In this document: positions 1 to 10,033 of the stretch, one piece after another
Layout of the letters: each line of letters opens with the position of its first letter
Numbering within the stretch: position 1 is the first letter of the stretch
Origin: an uncultured Planctomycetota bacterium
GTDB lineage: Bacteria > Planctomycetota > Phycisphaerae > Tepidisphaerales > Tepidisphaeraceae
DNA: 64,000 nucleotides
NCBI GenBank assembly: GCA_963841915.1
Contig: CAWJEN010000005.1
Location: 1,184,001 to 1,248,000 of the forward strand
Reading direction: 5' to 3'
Made by a program: the position numbers and the translations under genes
The notes under the pieces: model-generated
Databases searched by the model: none
The model's input: only the letters and a program-made list of their open reading frames with translations
Told to the model about the DNA's origin: nothing

Positions 1-729
1 GAGACGTTCGTCCGCCTCTTCCGCGACGGCGTGCAGGTCGGTGGCAGCGTAATCGCCGGCGTCAACAACGTGGCGGTCGTGACCGACACCGAAGGCCCGT
101 TCGCCGACGGCACGTACGTCTACACGGCCACCGCAGCCGCCACTTTCGATGGGCCGCAGAGTCCGCTGTCCGGTTCGCTGACCGTCGTCATTGACACCAC
201 GGCACCCGTCGTCGGTGGGTTCGCCTTCAACTTTGACAGCGGTGCGGGTGATCAGTCGTTCACGCTGACGCTCGACGAGCCGGGCCTGGCGGCCGGTGAC
301 ATCGTCGTCACCAACACGACAACCAATGCCGTCGTGCCTGCGAGCAGCTTCGACCTCATCGACAACGGCGACGGCTCCTACGAGCTTGTCTTCAACCCGA
401 CGACCGGCAACGACGTTCTGGGCAACGGCGTCTTTGAAGTCAGCGTCGCCGCCGATGCCGTCACCGACACCGCCGGTAACGGCAACGCTGCATTCGTCGG
501 CACCGACTTCTTCCTCAACGGTGACGCCAACCGTGACGGAACCGTCTCGATTCTCGACTTTGCCGTTCTACGCGGCAACTTCGGCAGCAGCGGGGCAAGC
601 TTCACCAGCGGCGACTTTAACTACGACGGCACGGTGAGCATCCTCGACTTCGCCATCCTGCGTGGCAACTTCGGGCAGAACGTTTCGGTCCCGTCGAGCA
701 TTTTCGCCGAGGACGAGAACCTCATCTGA
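1..729 (+). CDS. C-terminal part of a large secreted protein with Ig-like repeats and a C-terminal dockerin-type domain (5' end outside window)
   Basis: Frame is open from base 1. Contains the Ig-like junction 'VVIDTTAP' and 'VTDTAGN', and the duplicated Ca-binding repeat GDANRDGTVSILDFAVLRGNFG / GDFNYDGTVSILDFAILRGNFG. Confidence 0.8.
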   Translation, partial: ETFVRLFRDGVQVGGSVIAGVNNVAVVTDTEGPFADGTYVYTATAAATFDGPQSPLSGSLTVVIDTTAPVVGGFAFNFDSGAGDQSFTLTLDEPGLAAGDIVVTNTTTNAVVPASSFDLIDNGDGSYELVFNPTTGNDVLGNGVFEVSVAADAVTDTAGNGNAAFVGTDFFLNGDANRDGTVSILDFAVLRGNFGSSGASFTSGDFNYDGTVSILDFAILRGNFGQNVSVPSSIFAEDENLI

Positions 730-752
730 AATGGACATTCACACCAATCTAG

Positions 753-778
753 AAGCCCGGCCAGTGATGGCCGGGCTT
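753..778. terminator. Hairpin / probable intrinsic terminator between convergent genes
   Basis: Perfect 11-bp stem AAGCCCGGCCA-GTGA-TGGCCGGGCTT with a GNRA loop, followed by a T-rich run. Confidence 0.7.
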
Positions 779-801
779 TGTCGTTGCTGCTGTCGTGTGC
801 T

Positions 802-1308
802 TCAGGCCGCCGGTTCGAATGTGAGAGCGACGCCATTGATGCAGTGCCGCTTGCCGGTCGGCATGGGTCCGTCGTCAAAGACGTGACCGAGGTGACTCTC
901 GCAGCGGGCGCATTCGACTTCGGTTCGCGTCATGCCCATCGAGATGTCGGGCTTTTCGATGACGTACCCGATCTTGATCGGCTGCCAGAAGCTCGGCCAA
1001 CCGGTGCCGCTGTCGAACTTGGTTTCGCTGGCGTACAGCGGCAAATCGCAGACGGCACAGGTGAAGGTGCCGTCACGCTTCTCGTCGTTAAGCGGACTGG
1101 TGAAGGCTCGTTCGGTTCCATCCTGTCGGGTGACGCGGTAGCCGAGATCATCGAGCCGTTCCTTGGCGACGCGGTCGGCCTTCTCCTTCGACCACGGCTC
1201 GATGTCGACCGCCGGTTGTGTTGCGGGCGTAGCACCGTGGCTGTAGACGGACCCCGCGTAGGCGACGGCAGCCGCGGCGATGCCGAGGGTGAGGATCGTT
1301 CGCTTCAT
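802..1308 (-). CDS. msrB: Peptide-methionine (R)-S-oxide reductase with N-terminal signal peptide
   Basis: GTERAF, CAVC, KFDSGTGWPSF, RTEVECARCESHLGHVFDDGP and RHCING motifs. Signal-like MKRTILTLGIAAAAVAYA; start set at ATG 1308. Confidence 0.95.
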   Translation of the reverse strand: MKRTILTLGIAAAAVAYAGSVYSHGATPATQPAVDIEPWSKEKADRVAKERLDDLGYRVTRQDGTERAFTSPLNDEKRDGTFTCAVCDLPLYASETKFDSGTGWPSFWQPIKIGYVIEKPDISMGMTRTEVECARCESHLGHVFDDGPMPTGKRHCINGVALTFEPAA

Positions 1309-1376
1309 GTCACAACGTACGTCTGAACGCGGGCGATGTTGCGGCCGACTGTGCGATGCGGCGCTTTTGAGCTGGC

Positions 1377-2099
1377 TCAATTCTGCTGGACCGTCTTGGC
1401 CGTCAGCACCGCCCGCACGTGAATCGCGTGCAGCTGGCGGTCGTTGTTCCCGCCGCTCTGCTTGGTCGCGGCGTCACCCTCGGCGAAGTCGCCCAAGAGC
1501 GTCACATCGACGTACCCGGCAGCCAGCGGGCGAAGATTGACGAACAGCTCACGAGGGCGAAGGTTCCGCGTCACGCCGTTGCCGACTGCCAGGGCGATCT
1601 GGCTCGTCGTCGGGCTCTGCTCGGTTTCGTCGGCCTGATACACCCACTCGGCATCGGCGACGTCTTCGGGGCTGATGTCGCCGCCGTCTGCTAGGCGTTC
1701 TTCGACCAGTGCCGCCGACTCGGGCGGTAGGTCGAGCCGCATCTCGAAGAAAAAGCTGCTGCCGAGATAGCCGCGTTCGGTCGCCTCGGCCGGGTCGTCG
1801 CTGAAGAGTCGAGCCTTGACCGTACCAGGCCGATCCGGGTCGGCTTCGAGCCAGAGCATCGCCGGCGGGAACTCGTGCTGCGTCTCGATGCCGTCGGGGC
1901 TGACAATCGTGACGTATGCCGGCTGTGGCTCGATGATGTCGATCTCGCTGCCTGGAGAGTCAACAACGTCCGTCGTCTCCTGAGGCGGCCGGGGCTTCAT
2001 GTTGATGCCGTCGTCAGTCGCGTCGTTGTCGCACCCGGCCAGCACGCCCGACAGGGCGATGGAGGCAGCACAGGCGATGATGAGCGGTCGACGGGCCAT
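1377..2099 (-). CDS. Hypothetical lipoprotein
   Basis: Basic N-terminus, hydrophobic stretch and lipobox LAGC, followed by an acidic soluble domain. Confidence 0.7.
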   Translation of the reverse strand: MARRPLIIACAASIALSGVLAGCDNDATDDGINMKPRPPQETTDVVDSPGSEIDIIEPQPAYVTIVSPDGIETQHEFPPAMLWLEADPDRPGTVKARLFSDDPAEATERGYLGSSFFFEMRLDLPPESAALVEERLADGGDISPEDVADAEWVYQADETEQSPTTSQIALAVGNGVTRNLRPRELFVNLRPLAAGYVDVTLLGDFAEGDAATKQSGGNNDRQLHAIHVRAVLTAKTVQQN

Positions 2100-2160
2100 G
2101 GGTATGTGTACGTCGTCACGCGGAGTGCCGTGCGACTACCAGCAGTATACAACATGTACG

Positions 2161-2937
2161 ATGCCTTCGCCGACCGATGAGCTTCGACATCCGGCGGCGG
2201 TGACTACCAGCCCGCCAGAGGCCGATCTATCGGCCCCCGTCTGCGAGTTCTGCAGTTATCGGCTGACCGGTCTGACCGACGACGACAACTGCCCCGAGTG
2301 CGGCCAGCCTGTCCGCCTCAGCACAGTCGACAGCGGCCGCGTGTTCACGAGCATTGATCGTGGAAACGACGGCTTCTGGGCCACGTCGCTCCAGATCTGG
2401 CTGCATCCGAAGCGGTTCTTCAGACGCCTGCGGGCCCACGCGGACCCGGCGGCCATGCATGAAACCGCCTCGTTCTCCAACGAACACATCTGGCTCGCAG
2501 CCCTCCTCGGTGGCGCCGCTGTCGTCGGCCATTACATCCTGGTCGACCCGGCTGTGGGTCCCAAGCCAGGCTACTGGGCACCATTTGCGACGTGGGTCGG
2601 CATCATGAGCGTGCCGTTCATCGCCATCGTCAGCTTCGGCATGCGGTGGCTCGTCGTCCAACTCAGCGTGGTAGAAACCCGCTGGCGTGGCATGCGGCTG
2701 TCGAGGTCGGTCATCCGCCGTGGCATCGACTACCACACCGCGCACATCACGCCCGTGTGCCTCATGGTGCTGCTCATCGTCGCCGCGGCACACGTCGCCT
2801 TCGAATTCGGCTGGCTCGACTACCAATACATCTGGCACTACCTCATTATGCTCAGCTCGGCGATCGTGCTGGGGGCGATTTGGCTGTTCTACACCTACTG
2901 GCTGGCAATGCGGAGCATGATGTATGCCAATGTCTGA
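2161..2937 (+). CDS. Membrane protein with N-terminal zinc ribbon
   Basis: CEFCSYRLTGL...CPECG zinc ribbon followed by about 4 hydrophobic helices; overlaps the start of the next gene. Confidence 0.7.
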   Translation: MPSPTDELRHPAAVTTSPPEADLSAPVCEFCSYRLTGLTDDDNCPECGQPVRLSTVDSGRVFTSIDRGNDGFWATSLQIWLHPKRFFRRLRAHADPAAMHETASFSNEHIWLAALLGGAAVVGHYILVDPAVGPKPGYWAPFATWVGIMSVPFIAIVSFGMRWLVVQLSVVETRWRGMRLSRSVIRRGIDYHTAHITPVCLMVLLIVAAAHVAFEFGWLDYQYIWHYLIMLSSAIVLGAIWLFYTYWLAMRSMMYANV

Positions 2938-3883
2938 TGCCTCTACAGCTCCGCTGGGGATCGTGACGTGCCCCCGACTCGTGGAGCATCGACCGGCCGA
3001 CGGGTCGCCGCACGTCGAGCGACCAGAGCGGTATGCCGTCATGCTCGAAGCGGAGGCGTCGGTGGAGCATCTGGCGATGCAACCACCAGCCGAGCCGGCC
3101 GATGACAAGACGCTGCTTCGCGTGCACGGACGTTCGCACCTCGACCAAATCGCTGCCTTGTCCAAAATGGGTGGCTGGTACGACGCAGACACCTACGTCG
3201 GCGTCGGCTCTGATGAACTGGCCCGTTCTGCCGTCGCGTGCGGCATGACGGCCGCCGACGCGGTCCTGTCCAAGCGGTGCAGGCGGGCCATGTCGTTGGT
3301 CCGTCCGCCGGGGCATCATGCAGAGCCGGACAAGGCGATGGGGTTCTGCCTCTACAGCACCGCTGCCATCGTCGTCCGACATCTACAACACGTACACAGC
3401 GTGCAGCGCGTGGCGGTCGTCGACTTTGACGTGCACCACGGCAACGGCACGCAAGCCGCCTTCTGGCGGGACCCCGACGTGCTCAGCGTCAGCGTCCACG
3501 AAGATCCGGCCACACTCTGGCCCGGCACCGGCACGGCAGCTGAGACCGGCGGGGGCGCCGGCGAAGCAACCACGGTCAACGTGCCGTTGCCTGCCGGCTC
3601 GACGGGTGACGTGATGCTGGCTGCGCTGCGTGACGTGGTGCTGCCGCGACTCCGCGAGCATCGACCGGAGATCATCGTCGCCTGCTGCGGGTTCGACGCC
3701 CACGCGGCTGACCCGTTGGCCAATCTGCAAGTAGACACGGACACCTTCGGCGTCGTCGGACAGCTGCTCGTCGATGCTGCCGACGAACTGTGCGACGGCA
3801 GGCTTGTCGGCACTGTCGAAGGTGGCTATGACCTCGCCGCACTGCGCGACAGTCTGCGGAGTTTCCTGGGAGCTTGGACGTGA
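2930..3883 (+). CDS. Histone deacetylase family (AcuC/HDAH-like) Zn-dependent deacetylase
   Basis: HVERPER, RPPGHHA, GFC, DFDVHHGNGTQ, GFDAH..DPL and EGGY motifs. Confidence 0.92.
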   Translation: MSDASTAPLGIVTCPRLVEHRPADGSPHVERPERYAVMLEAEASVEHLAMQPPAEPADDKTLLRVHGRSHLDQIAALSKMGGWYDADTYVGVGSDELARSAVACGMTAADAVLSKRCRRAMSLVRPPGHHAEPDKAMGFCLYSTAAIVVRHLQHVHSVQRVAVVDFDVHHGNGTQAAFWRDPDVLSVSVHEDPATLWPGTGTAAETGGGAGEATTVNVPLPAGSTGDVMLAALRDVVLPRLREHRPEIIVACCGFDAHAADPLANLQVDTDTFGVVGQLLVDAADELCDGRLVGTVEGGYDLAALRDSLRSFLGAWT

Positions 3884-3917
3884 GGCGATGCCGTTGGCTG
3901 ATCCGTTCTGACGAAGC

Positions 3918-6590
3918 TTAGATGAAAGACTGCTCCAGTCGTTCGATGACGCGACCGAGCAGTCGCCTGCGGAGCGGGCTCACGCGGGCGTCGCCGAATC
4001 GGATGCGATAGAAGACGTCGGTCAATCCGGTGATGGCGTCAAAGGCCGGCGGTGAGACCCTCGCTGCCAGATCGGCGGCAAACTCTCTTGGCGTCTGTGC
4101 CGGCTGTCGCCGCAACCCCTCCCGCTCCAGCAGCCGAACGAGGTCGTCGTAGAAGCCGAGCTGCTTGGCCAGCCGCCTTTGTTCTTCGGGCGGAAGGTCA
4201 CTGAGGCCAATGCGCCTGGCACGTCTGCGAAGACGTAAGCGTTCGGTGGCAAAGTAGAGGATGGCAATGCCCGCTGCGTTGGTCAGCAGCAACAGCAGGC
4301 CAGCCGCCACTGTTGCTATGAGACCGGCGATGCCACCAACAATGCCGAAACGACTCAAAATGGCTTCAAATCTGCCCAGGAACCAGTTCTTTAACCTCGA
4401 AATGCTGCTCTCGCTCTTGTCGCGATTGCCCATTGTTCTCACCAGCTCGCGGTCGACTCGGGCAAACAGCGAGTCGCGGACCTGCTCCTGATCACCCTGG
4501 TCGTAAGCAACGACGTTCGTCTGCCAGGCATATTGCAGGTATTCGCCAAATTCTTTGAGACCTTTGGCCGCCTCACTGAAGAAACCGACGTCCGCCGACT
4601 CGACATCGCCGCCGGCTGGTGTCGGGTCATACCGACGCCAACCGCTCATCGTCAGCGCCTCGACCCACGCGTGGGCGTGACTCTGGCGGACGGTCCAGCG
4701 ACCGATCCGGTTGTTGTACTCTTCGCTGCGAAAACCAACCACCACGCGAGCGGGAATGCCGATGCTCTGCAACGCCGTCGCCATCGTGCCGGCAAACAGC
4801 TCGCAGTGACCTCGCCGCACATCGGTGACGAACCATCCCAGCGGGTCCACGTCCGTTGGTAGCGCAGCGGCGTCGGCGGTGATATCGAGCGAGTACGAGA
4901 ACTGGCGACGCAGGTGCCGCTCCATGTTCATCGCAATGCGACCGTCCATGGCGGTCGATCCCGCGCTGCGGACACGTATCGCGCTCAGCGACTCGCCGGA
5001 TTCGCCCGTTCCGACAACGTCCGGATCGAGTGCAAAGTCAATAATTGCATCGCTCGCGGGTAACGGCCCGGGCCGCGGCTGCTCGCGTTCGTTGAGGTCG
5101 AGCCGCTGCACATACGCCCCGCTCACTCGTGGATCGACGGAAAAGTTCCGCGAGCCGGCGAGTGTTCGGCCCGGCGGGGTGCCCAGCTGCTTGTCGAGCC
5201 AGATCTGCCGATCCTGTGGCGACATCTGACGCAGCTTCTGGACGGCGTCTCCGCCATTGATCCGGTCGAGCGTCGCCAGGCGAAGGCCCTCGACGGTGTG
5301 GCGAACAAGCGACAGGGAATGGGCCGGATAATCGAACTCGACCGCTTCATTCAGTGGCCCGACGATCTCGCTCGGCGTCGTCAGCGTCGCTCGGACCGGC
5401 TGCCCGTCCAACGGGATGCGGCCGGAACTCAGCACCGTGTAAGTGATCGGCCGGGTCAGACTTGCCCGGCCCAGCGACAGTGTGCCGTCCGGCCCCACCA
5501 CGAGATCAGATCCTCGCGGTGGATCGTCAAAACGGACCACGATCGGCCCGGCCAACGTGAATAGCGCGGGTGACCCGGTCGGGAGAAGTTCGATCTGCTG
5601 TTCGATCAACCGCAGGTTGATCGGTAGGCCACCGCCAAGCGTGATCGGCTGGTTGTTGAGCTGAACCGTCGACGACTCGGCCTCAAGGACGGCAGAACGT
5701 GACCATGACCACCGATCAGGCTGCGTCGGATCGCTCTGATAAAGGTCCAAAGCGTTACCTCGCAGGTAAAGCGAGCCGGTGAAGTCGTCTGATGTGACCA
5801 CGTGGGCCACGACTGATTCGTTCTGCTGGATGCGGGCAATGGTCTGGAAGTCAACGGACCCGCTGAAGCCGGTCACCGACTGCTTTCCCGCTTGAAACGA
5901 AGCTACATCGTGCAAGAAACCCTGCCCGCCGCCACGGGGGAAGCCGAGGAAGACGACGACGGCCATGACAATTCCAGCCGCGGCGACGACGACCGTCAGG
6001 CGACGCAGCGAACTGCCGAGGCGACGTTGATCTTGCCGAAGCCTGCCATTGGCAGCGTCGGCGTCTTCGCTGCCCTTGTTCTGTTTCTGCTGGAACGCGC
6101 CGCGACCCAGATAACGACGGGCGGCATCCGTCTCGACCTTCAGGTGAAACAGCAGGCACGTGTAAAGCGAAAGCAGCACCCAGACCAGGAACATCATGCC
6201 AAAGACAAGCGACGTGCCGCCGGGCAACATGGCCGATGCAATCATCGTCAGCAGCGACAGGACGATGAGCTGGCCGTAGTCGCGATTGCCGCGCTGTTCG
6301 TACAGCTTGACGAGCTGCAGGGCGACAAGGAACAAGCCGATCGGCTCGACCGGCACCTCGCCGTCACTGACGCGGAGCACGGTCCAGCCACCAGCGATGA
6401 TCGTGACGAGGTTGGCCACGATGCGCGGGACCGGCCGAAACCGCCCACGCCGCACGAGTCGAGCGTTGAAGCCGATGAGCAGAAACGCCAGCAGGAACAG
6501 GCCGAATGATCCAGACGCCAGGCAGAACCCGGCCATGCCGAGCGAGAGCAGCGCGTAGAGCGCGGGCTTGAATTGCCGAATATCGTACAC
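3918..6590 (-). CDS. TgpA-like transglutaminase-domain membrane protein (DUF3488 + transglutaminase core + DUF4129)
   Basis: N-terminal multi-TM region, YLRG, GHCELFA (catalytic Cys), HAHAWVE, W..YDPTP, and C-terminal TPREFA...FYRIRFG. Confidence 0.9.
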   Translation of the reverse strand: MYDIRQFKPALYALLSLGMAGFCLASGSFGLFLLAFLLIGFNARLVRRGRFRPVPRIVANLVTIIAGGWTVLRVSDGEVPVEPIGLFLVALQLVKLYEQRGNRDYGQLIVLSLLTMIASAMLPGGTSLVFGMMFLVWVLLSLYTCLLFHLKVETDAARRYLGRGAFQQKQNKGSEDADAANGRLRQDQRRLGSSLRRLTVVVAAAGIVMAVVVFLGFPRGGGQGFLHDVASFQAGKQSVTGFSGSVDFQTIARIQQNESVVAHVVTSDDFTGSLYLRGNALDLYQSDPTQPDRWSWSRSAVLEAESSTVQLNNQPITLGGGLPINLRLIEQQIELLPTGSPALFTLAGPIVVRFDDPPRGSDLVVGPDGTLSLGRASLTRPITYTVLSSGRIPLDGQPVRATLTTPSEIVGPLNEAVEFDYPAHSLSLVRHTVEGLRLATLDRINGGDAVQKLRQMSPQDRQIWLDKQLGTPPGRTLAGSRNFSVDPRVSGAYVQRLDLNEREQPRPGPLPASDAIIDFALDPDVVGTGESGESLSAIRVRSAGSTAMDGRIAMNMERHLRRQFSYSLDITADAAALPTDVDPLGWFVTDVRRGHCELFAGTMATALQSIGIPARVVVGFRSEEYNNRIGRWTVRQSHAHAWVEALTMSGWRRYDPTPAGGDVESADVGFFSEAAKGLKEFGEYLQYAWQTNVVAYDQGDQEQVRDSLFARVDRELVRTMGNRDKSESSISRLKNWFLGRFEAILSRFGIVGGIAGLIATVAAGLLLLLTNAAGIAILYFATERLRLRRRARRIGLSDLPPEEQRRLAKQLGFYDDLVRLLEREGLRRQPAQTPREFAADLAARVSPPAFDAITGLTDVFYRIRFGDARVSPLRRRLLGRVIERLEQSFI

Positions 6591-6691
6591 GCCGATCGAT
6601 GATACGCGTCAGCCCGCTTCCTGTTGCAGCGGGCGGACGTTGCTGATGCGATAGGCAGTCGCACGTGGAGCGATTAAATCCGCGGCAGGCG

Positions 6692-6720
6692 TTGACAGCA
6701 CCGCGTCAGTAGGTTATGAA
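6692..6720 (+). promoter_or_regulatory. Putative sigma70 promoter of the lacI-prepilin-PEP-CTERM-GH10 locus
   Basis: Perfect -35 TTGACA (6692-6697), 17-bp spacer, -10-like TATGAA (6715-6720). Predicted +1 falls near the second ATG at 6728. Confidence 0.5.
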
Positions 6721-6729
6721 ACGTATCAT
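6716..6729. promoter_or_regulatory. Putative LacI-family operator O1
   Basis: ATGAAACGTATCAT is a near-perfect palindrome with central CG, typical of LacI/GalR operators, and overlaps the -10 element. Confidence 0.6.
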
Positions 6730-7918
6730 GCCGCGGCGAGCTGCCAACGATACGACGAAGCTGCCCGCTCACCGGGCAGCAGATCCGCGCCGGACGCCAG
6801 GTGGTCGCACCGGGCTCAAGCAGATCGCAGACGATCTTCAACTTGGCGTGAGCACGGTCTCACACGCCATCAAGGGCGATGGCACGATTGCCGAGGCGAC
6901 GCGCCGCCGGGTCCGCGAGTATGCCGCCAGCGTCGGCTACACCGCCAATGCGCATGCCAAGAAGATGCGGTCGACCAGTACGCGGGTCATCGGGCTCGTG
7001 ATCCCTGACGTCGTGCTGACCTACAACGAGTTCGTTCAGCACGCTTTTCGAAGAGTGGCCGCAACGGGCCGCGAGCTACAAATTATCCTCAGTGAGTTCG
7101 AGCCGCGCCTTGAGGATCAGGCACTCCGCACTCTGCTCGAGCAGCGGGTCGATGGCATCCTGCTCAAAAGTACCTACCGGCATTGGGATCAGGTCCCGCA
7201 TGATCACGGCCTTCGCACGCTGATCGCCAGCGGCACGCCGACGGTCATTGTCGGTGACGAACTGCGGGCAAGCGGCCTGCCTTGCTGCCGTACCCCGACC
7301 GAGACGTACGGCCGCCTATTGGCCGAGCACGCGATCGACCAGGGTCGCCGACGGATCGACTGGTTGTTGCCGGTCGACCTGAGCAAGACGCCGCTCGAGC
7401 ATTTGCCGCAGCACCGGCGTGCGATTCAGGCGGCCGAGCAGGTCGGTCGCGAGCGGGTCGGTGACAGGTTCCGCGTTCGGTTGCGGACGCTGGACGAGCT
7501 GGCGACGGACGCCGGGCCTGTGTCGAGTTTCGCCGACTACGGCAACTACATCAATGAAGGGCTACCCGAGCGCGGCGTGTGGACGGGTCGCCAAATGGCT
7601 GCCCGCTCCCTGGCCGCCGACGAGCCGGCCGACGCGATGATCTGCAGCAACGACGTTGTGGCCATCGGGGCGATGCGTGAACTCATCGAGCAGGGCCGTC
7701 AGGTTCCGGGCGACGTGCTCATGATGACCTACCACGCGACGACGGCGGCCCACCTGGCGTCGCGGCCGTTGATCGTGGCGGGCCCAGGCCCCGGAGCTTT
7801 CGCCGCCAAGGCGTTGTCGATGCTCGACGCTGCCATGGACGGTCTCGACCCGGGCAACGACGCCGCAGACGCCAAGCTCACCACCGTCGGCGACCTGGGC
7901 CCGGCAGGCCCGACCTGA
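6716..7918 (+). CDS. LacI-family transcriptional regulator (start 6716 or 6728)
   Basis: HTH 'LKQIADDLQLGVSTVSHAI', hinge 'GYTANAHAKKMRS', RVIGLVIP, VDGILL, CSNDVVAIGAM, VPGDV. Confidence 0.92.
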   Translation: MKRIMPRRAANDTTKLPAHRAADPRRTPGGRTGLKQIADDLQLGVSTVSHAIKGDGTIAEATRRRVREYAASVGYTANAHAKKMRSTSTRVIGLVIPDVVLTYNEFVQHAFRRVAATGRELQIILSEFEPRLEDQALRTLLEQRVDGILLKSTYRHWDQVPHDHGLRTLIASGTPTVIVGDELRASGLPCCRTPTETYGRLLAEHAIDQGRRRIDWLLPVDLSKTPLEHLPQHRRAIQAAEQVGRERVGDRFRVRLRTLDELATDAGPVSSFADYGNYINEGLPERGVWTGRQMAARSLAADEPADAMICSNDVVAIGAMRELIEQGRQVPGDVLMMTYHATTAAHLASRPLIVAGPGPGAFAAKALSMLDAAMDGLDPGNDAADAKLTTVGDLGPAGPT

Positions 7919-7972
7919 GCTTCATAAGACCCGCCCACCTTCGGCACGACCCAACACTCCTGGAGGATCAGC

Positions 7973-7986
7973 ATGAATCGTTTCGT
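7973..7986. promoter_or_regulatory. Putative LacI-family operator O2 overlapping the prepilin start codon
   Basis: ATGAATCGTTTCGT, 12/14 match to the ideal palindrome ATGAAACGTTTCAT. Confidence 0.5.
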
Positions 7987-8864
7987 ACATCTAGCAACCG
8001 TCACGTCGTACCGGCTTCACCCTCGTCGAGCTGCTCGTGGTCATCGGCATCATCGCGTTGCTCGTCGGCATCCTGCTGCCGACGCTCAACCGAGCCCGTT
8101 CGTCGGCCAACTCGGTCAAGTGCCAGAGCAATCTGCGCCAGATCGGCGTCGGTATCAACTTCTACGCCAACGACAACAATGGCGCGATCGTGCCGTCGGA
8201 CATCAACTACAGCGACCCGTTCATGCAGCCGAACGACGTTCCAGCCGGTAGTGATCGACCCCACTGGGCGGCCATCCTCGTCTCCGAGCGGGTACTCCCG
8301 GGAGCCCACGAGGGCACCGCACTGTCAGCAGCGAATGTCGTCACGGATGTCGAAAGCGTCTTCCGCTGTCCCGAGGGACTCGAGTTCGACTGGCAGGTAC
8401 TCGGTGGTGCGTTCCCGACGTCTCACGAAGATCAGGTCGGTGCACAGTTCTGGCTCCGCACGTCGACCGAAGGCGAACAAGTGCCGACGTGGTACGGCGT
8501 GAACGGGACGGAAGGGCGACCCGATGTAGACTGGCGTCAGACGTACCCGTTCGGCCGCTTTCCATTCAGGAAACCTGGAGCGACGGCCGCTGAACAGAAG
8601 GTGTTCGAGGTCGTCAAGCTTGCACAGGTCCGTGGACCCACGGAAATGGCCTTTGTCTTCGACGGCATCTTCCGCCACGAATTCCGCGGCTTTGTCGTCA
8701 ACGCTCGTCACGACAAGCAGACCACGACCAACATCCTGCACGGCGACGGCCACGTCGAGAAGTACCAGTCGGATGAACTTCCCGACAACTCGTTCGTGCT
8801 GCAAAGCCCTATCGGCCTGACGACAAACTTCCCGGCCGTGAACTGGAACCTGCGTCAGGACTGA
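7973..8864 (+). CDS. Prepilin-type N-terminal cleavage/methylation protein (DUF1559-like, C-terminal H-X9-DG motif); +1 frameshift in the first ~40 nt
   Basis: GGAGG RBS precedes ATG 7973. The RRTG^[31 protein letters not shown] frame begins after TAG 7992-7994, one frame over. C-terminal [18 protein letters not shown]. Confidence 0.85.
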
Positions 8865-8904
8865 TGTCCGTTCGACGCTTCATCACCACCCTTGGAGGAG
8901 AATC

Positions 8905-9921
8905 ATGACCACTAAGATACTTGCAACTGCAACAACTCTGCTTGCATGCAGCAGCTCGTTTGCCGGACTCGTCACGTTTGATCCGGCCGACGGTTACAAT
9001 CTCGGCACGAGCCTCGTGACCGGCCCGGGCTGGGCAGGTAACGGCAACCTTTACACCATTACCAGTCGTGGCGGCGGCAACGGTGCGGCACTCTCGGCCG
9101 CGGTCGATCAACCCGACTTCGCCAACAACCGCTTCACGCCTGACGCAGCATTTCTCGGCACGGCGACGACTGACACAGCGGGCAACCGGTACGGCTTCGG
9201 CTTCGACCTCACCAGCCCGCAGGCGGCCACCGACGACGGCTTCGGACTGGCCCACCGCATTCGCATCGGCGGGACAGACGGCGCGCCCATCGTCGACTTC
9301 CAGATCTTCGATAACGGAAGACTCCAGTACTTCAGCGGACCGGGCACGGGCGTCACGGGCAATGGCTTCAGCAACGTCGTCAACGAGAACGGCTTCAACC
9401 TGCTCCTCGACGACCTCGATGGCCGCTACGTCGACGTCGGTGGCACGATCAACTTCGTCACGAGCATGTACGACCTTGTCGTCGACGGCGTCGTGCAGGG
9501 TTCGTTCCCGCTGCTGAATACGCCAGGTCAGTTCGGCCAAGTGACGTTTCAGTGGGGCACGAGTACGAGCAGCCCCGACTATCGCCAGATCAGTGTCGAC
9601 AACCTCATGATCGAGGCCCTGCTCGATCGTCTGGCCGGTGATGCCAACGGCGACGGCATCGTGTCGATTCTCGACTTCGCCATCCTGCGGGCCAACTTCG
9701 GTGCCAGCATGAACGTTGATTTCTCGACCGGTGACTTCAACGAGGACGGCGTCGTCAGCATTCTCGACTTTGCCATCCTGAGAGCCAACTTCGGCTCGAG
9801 CTTGACGCCGTCGCAGCTGGCGACTGTTGACGCGTGGTACGCCAGCGTGGTTCCGGAGCCGACGACGGCCGCCTTACTCGGTTTGGCCGGCCTGTCGCTA
9901 CTGCGTCGTCGAAAGGCCTGA
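8905..9921 (+). CDS. Secreted PEP-CTERM protein with dockerin-type domain
   Basis: GGAGGAG RBS, signal peptide, duplicated GDANGDGIVSILDFAILRANFG repeat, and C-terminal VPEPTTAALLGLAGLSLLRRRKA. Confidence 0.9.
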   Translation: MTTKILATATTLLACSSSFAGLVTFDPADGYNLGTSLVTGPGWAGNGNLYTITSRGGGNGAALSAAVDQPDFANNRFTPDAAFLGTATTDTAGNRYGFGFDLTSPQAATDDGFGLAHRIRIGGTDGAPIVDFQIFDNGRLQYFSGPGTGVTGNGFSNVVNENGFNLLLDDLDGRYVDVGGTINFVTSMYDLVVDGVVQGSFPLLNTPGQFGQVTFQWGTSTSSPDYRQISVDNLMIEALLDRLAGDANGDGIVSILDFAILRANFGASMNVDFSTGDFNEDGVVSILDFAILRANFGSSLTPSQLATVDAWYASVVPEPTTAALLGLAGLSLLRRRKA

Positions 9922-10019
9922 CTTCGTCTACTTCGACCGCTCGCCGTCTCGACGCGGCGGGTGGGGCTTCCCTCGCTAGCGGCATCTGCGGCCGCCAATG
10001 CACTTCCTCGGAGAAAATT

Positions 10020-10033
10020 ATGAACCGTTTCAC
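10020..10033. promoter_or_regulatory. Putative LacI-family operator O3 overlapping the start codon
   Basis: ATGAACCGTTTCAC, 12/14 match to ATGAAACGTTTCAT. Confidence 0.5.
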
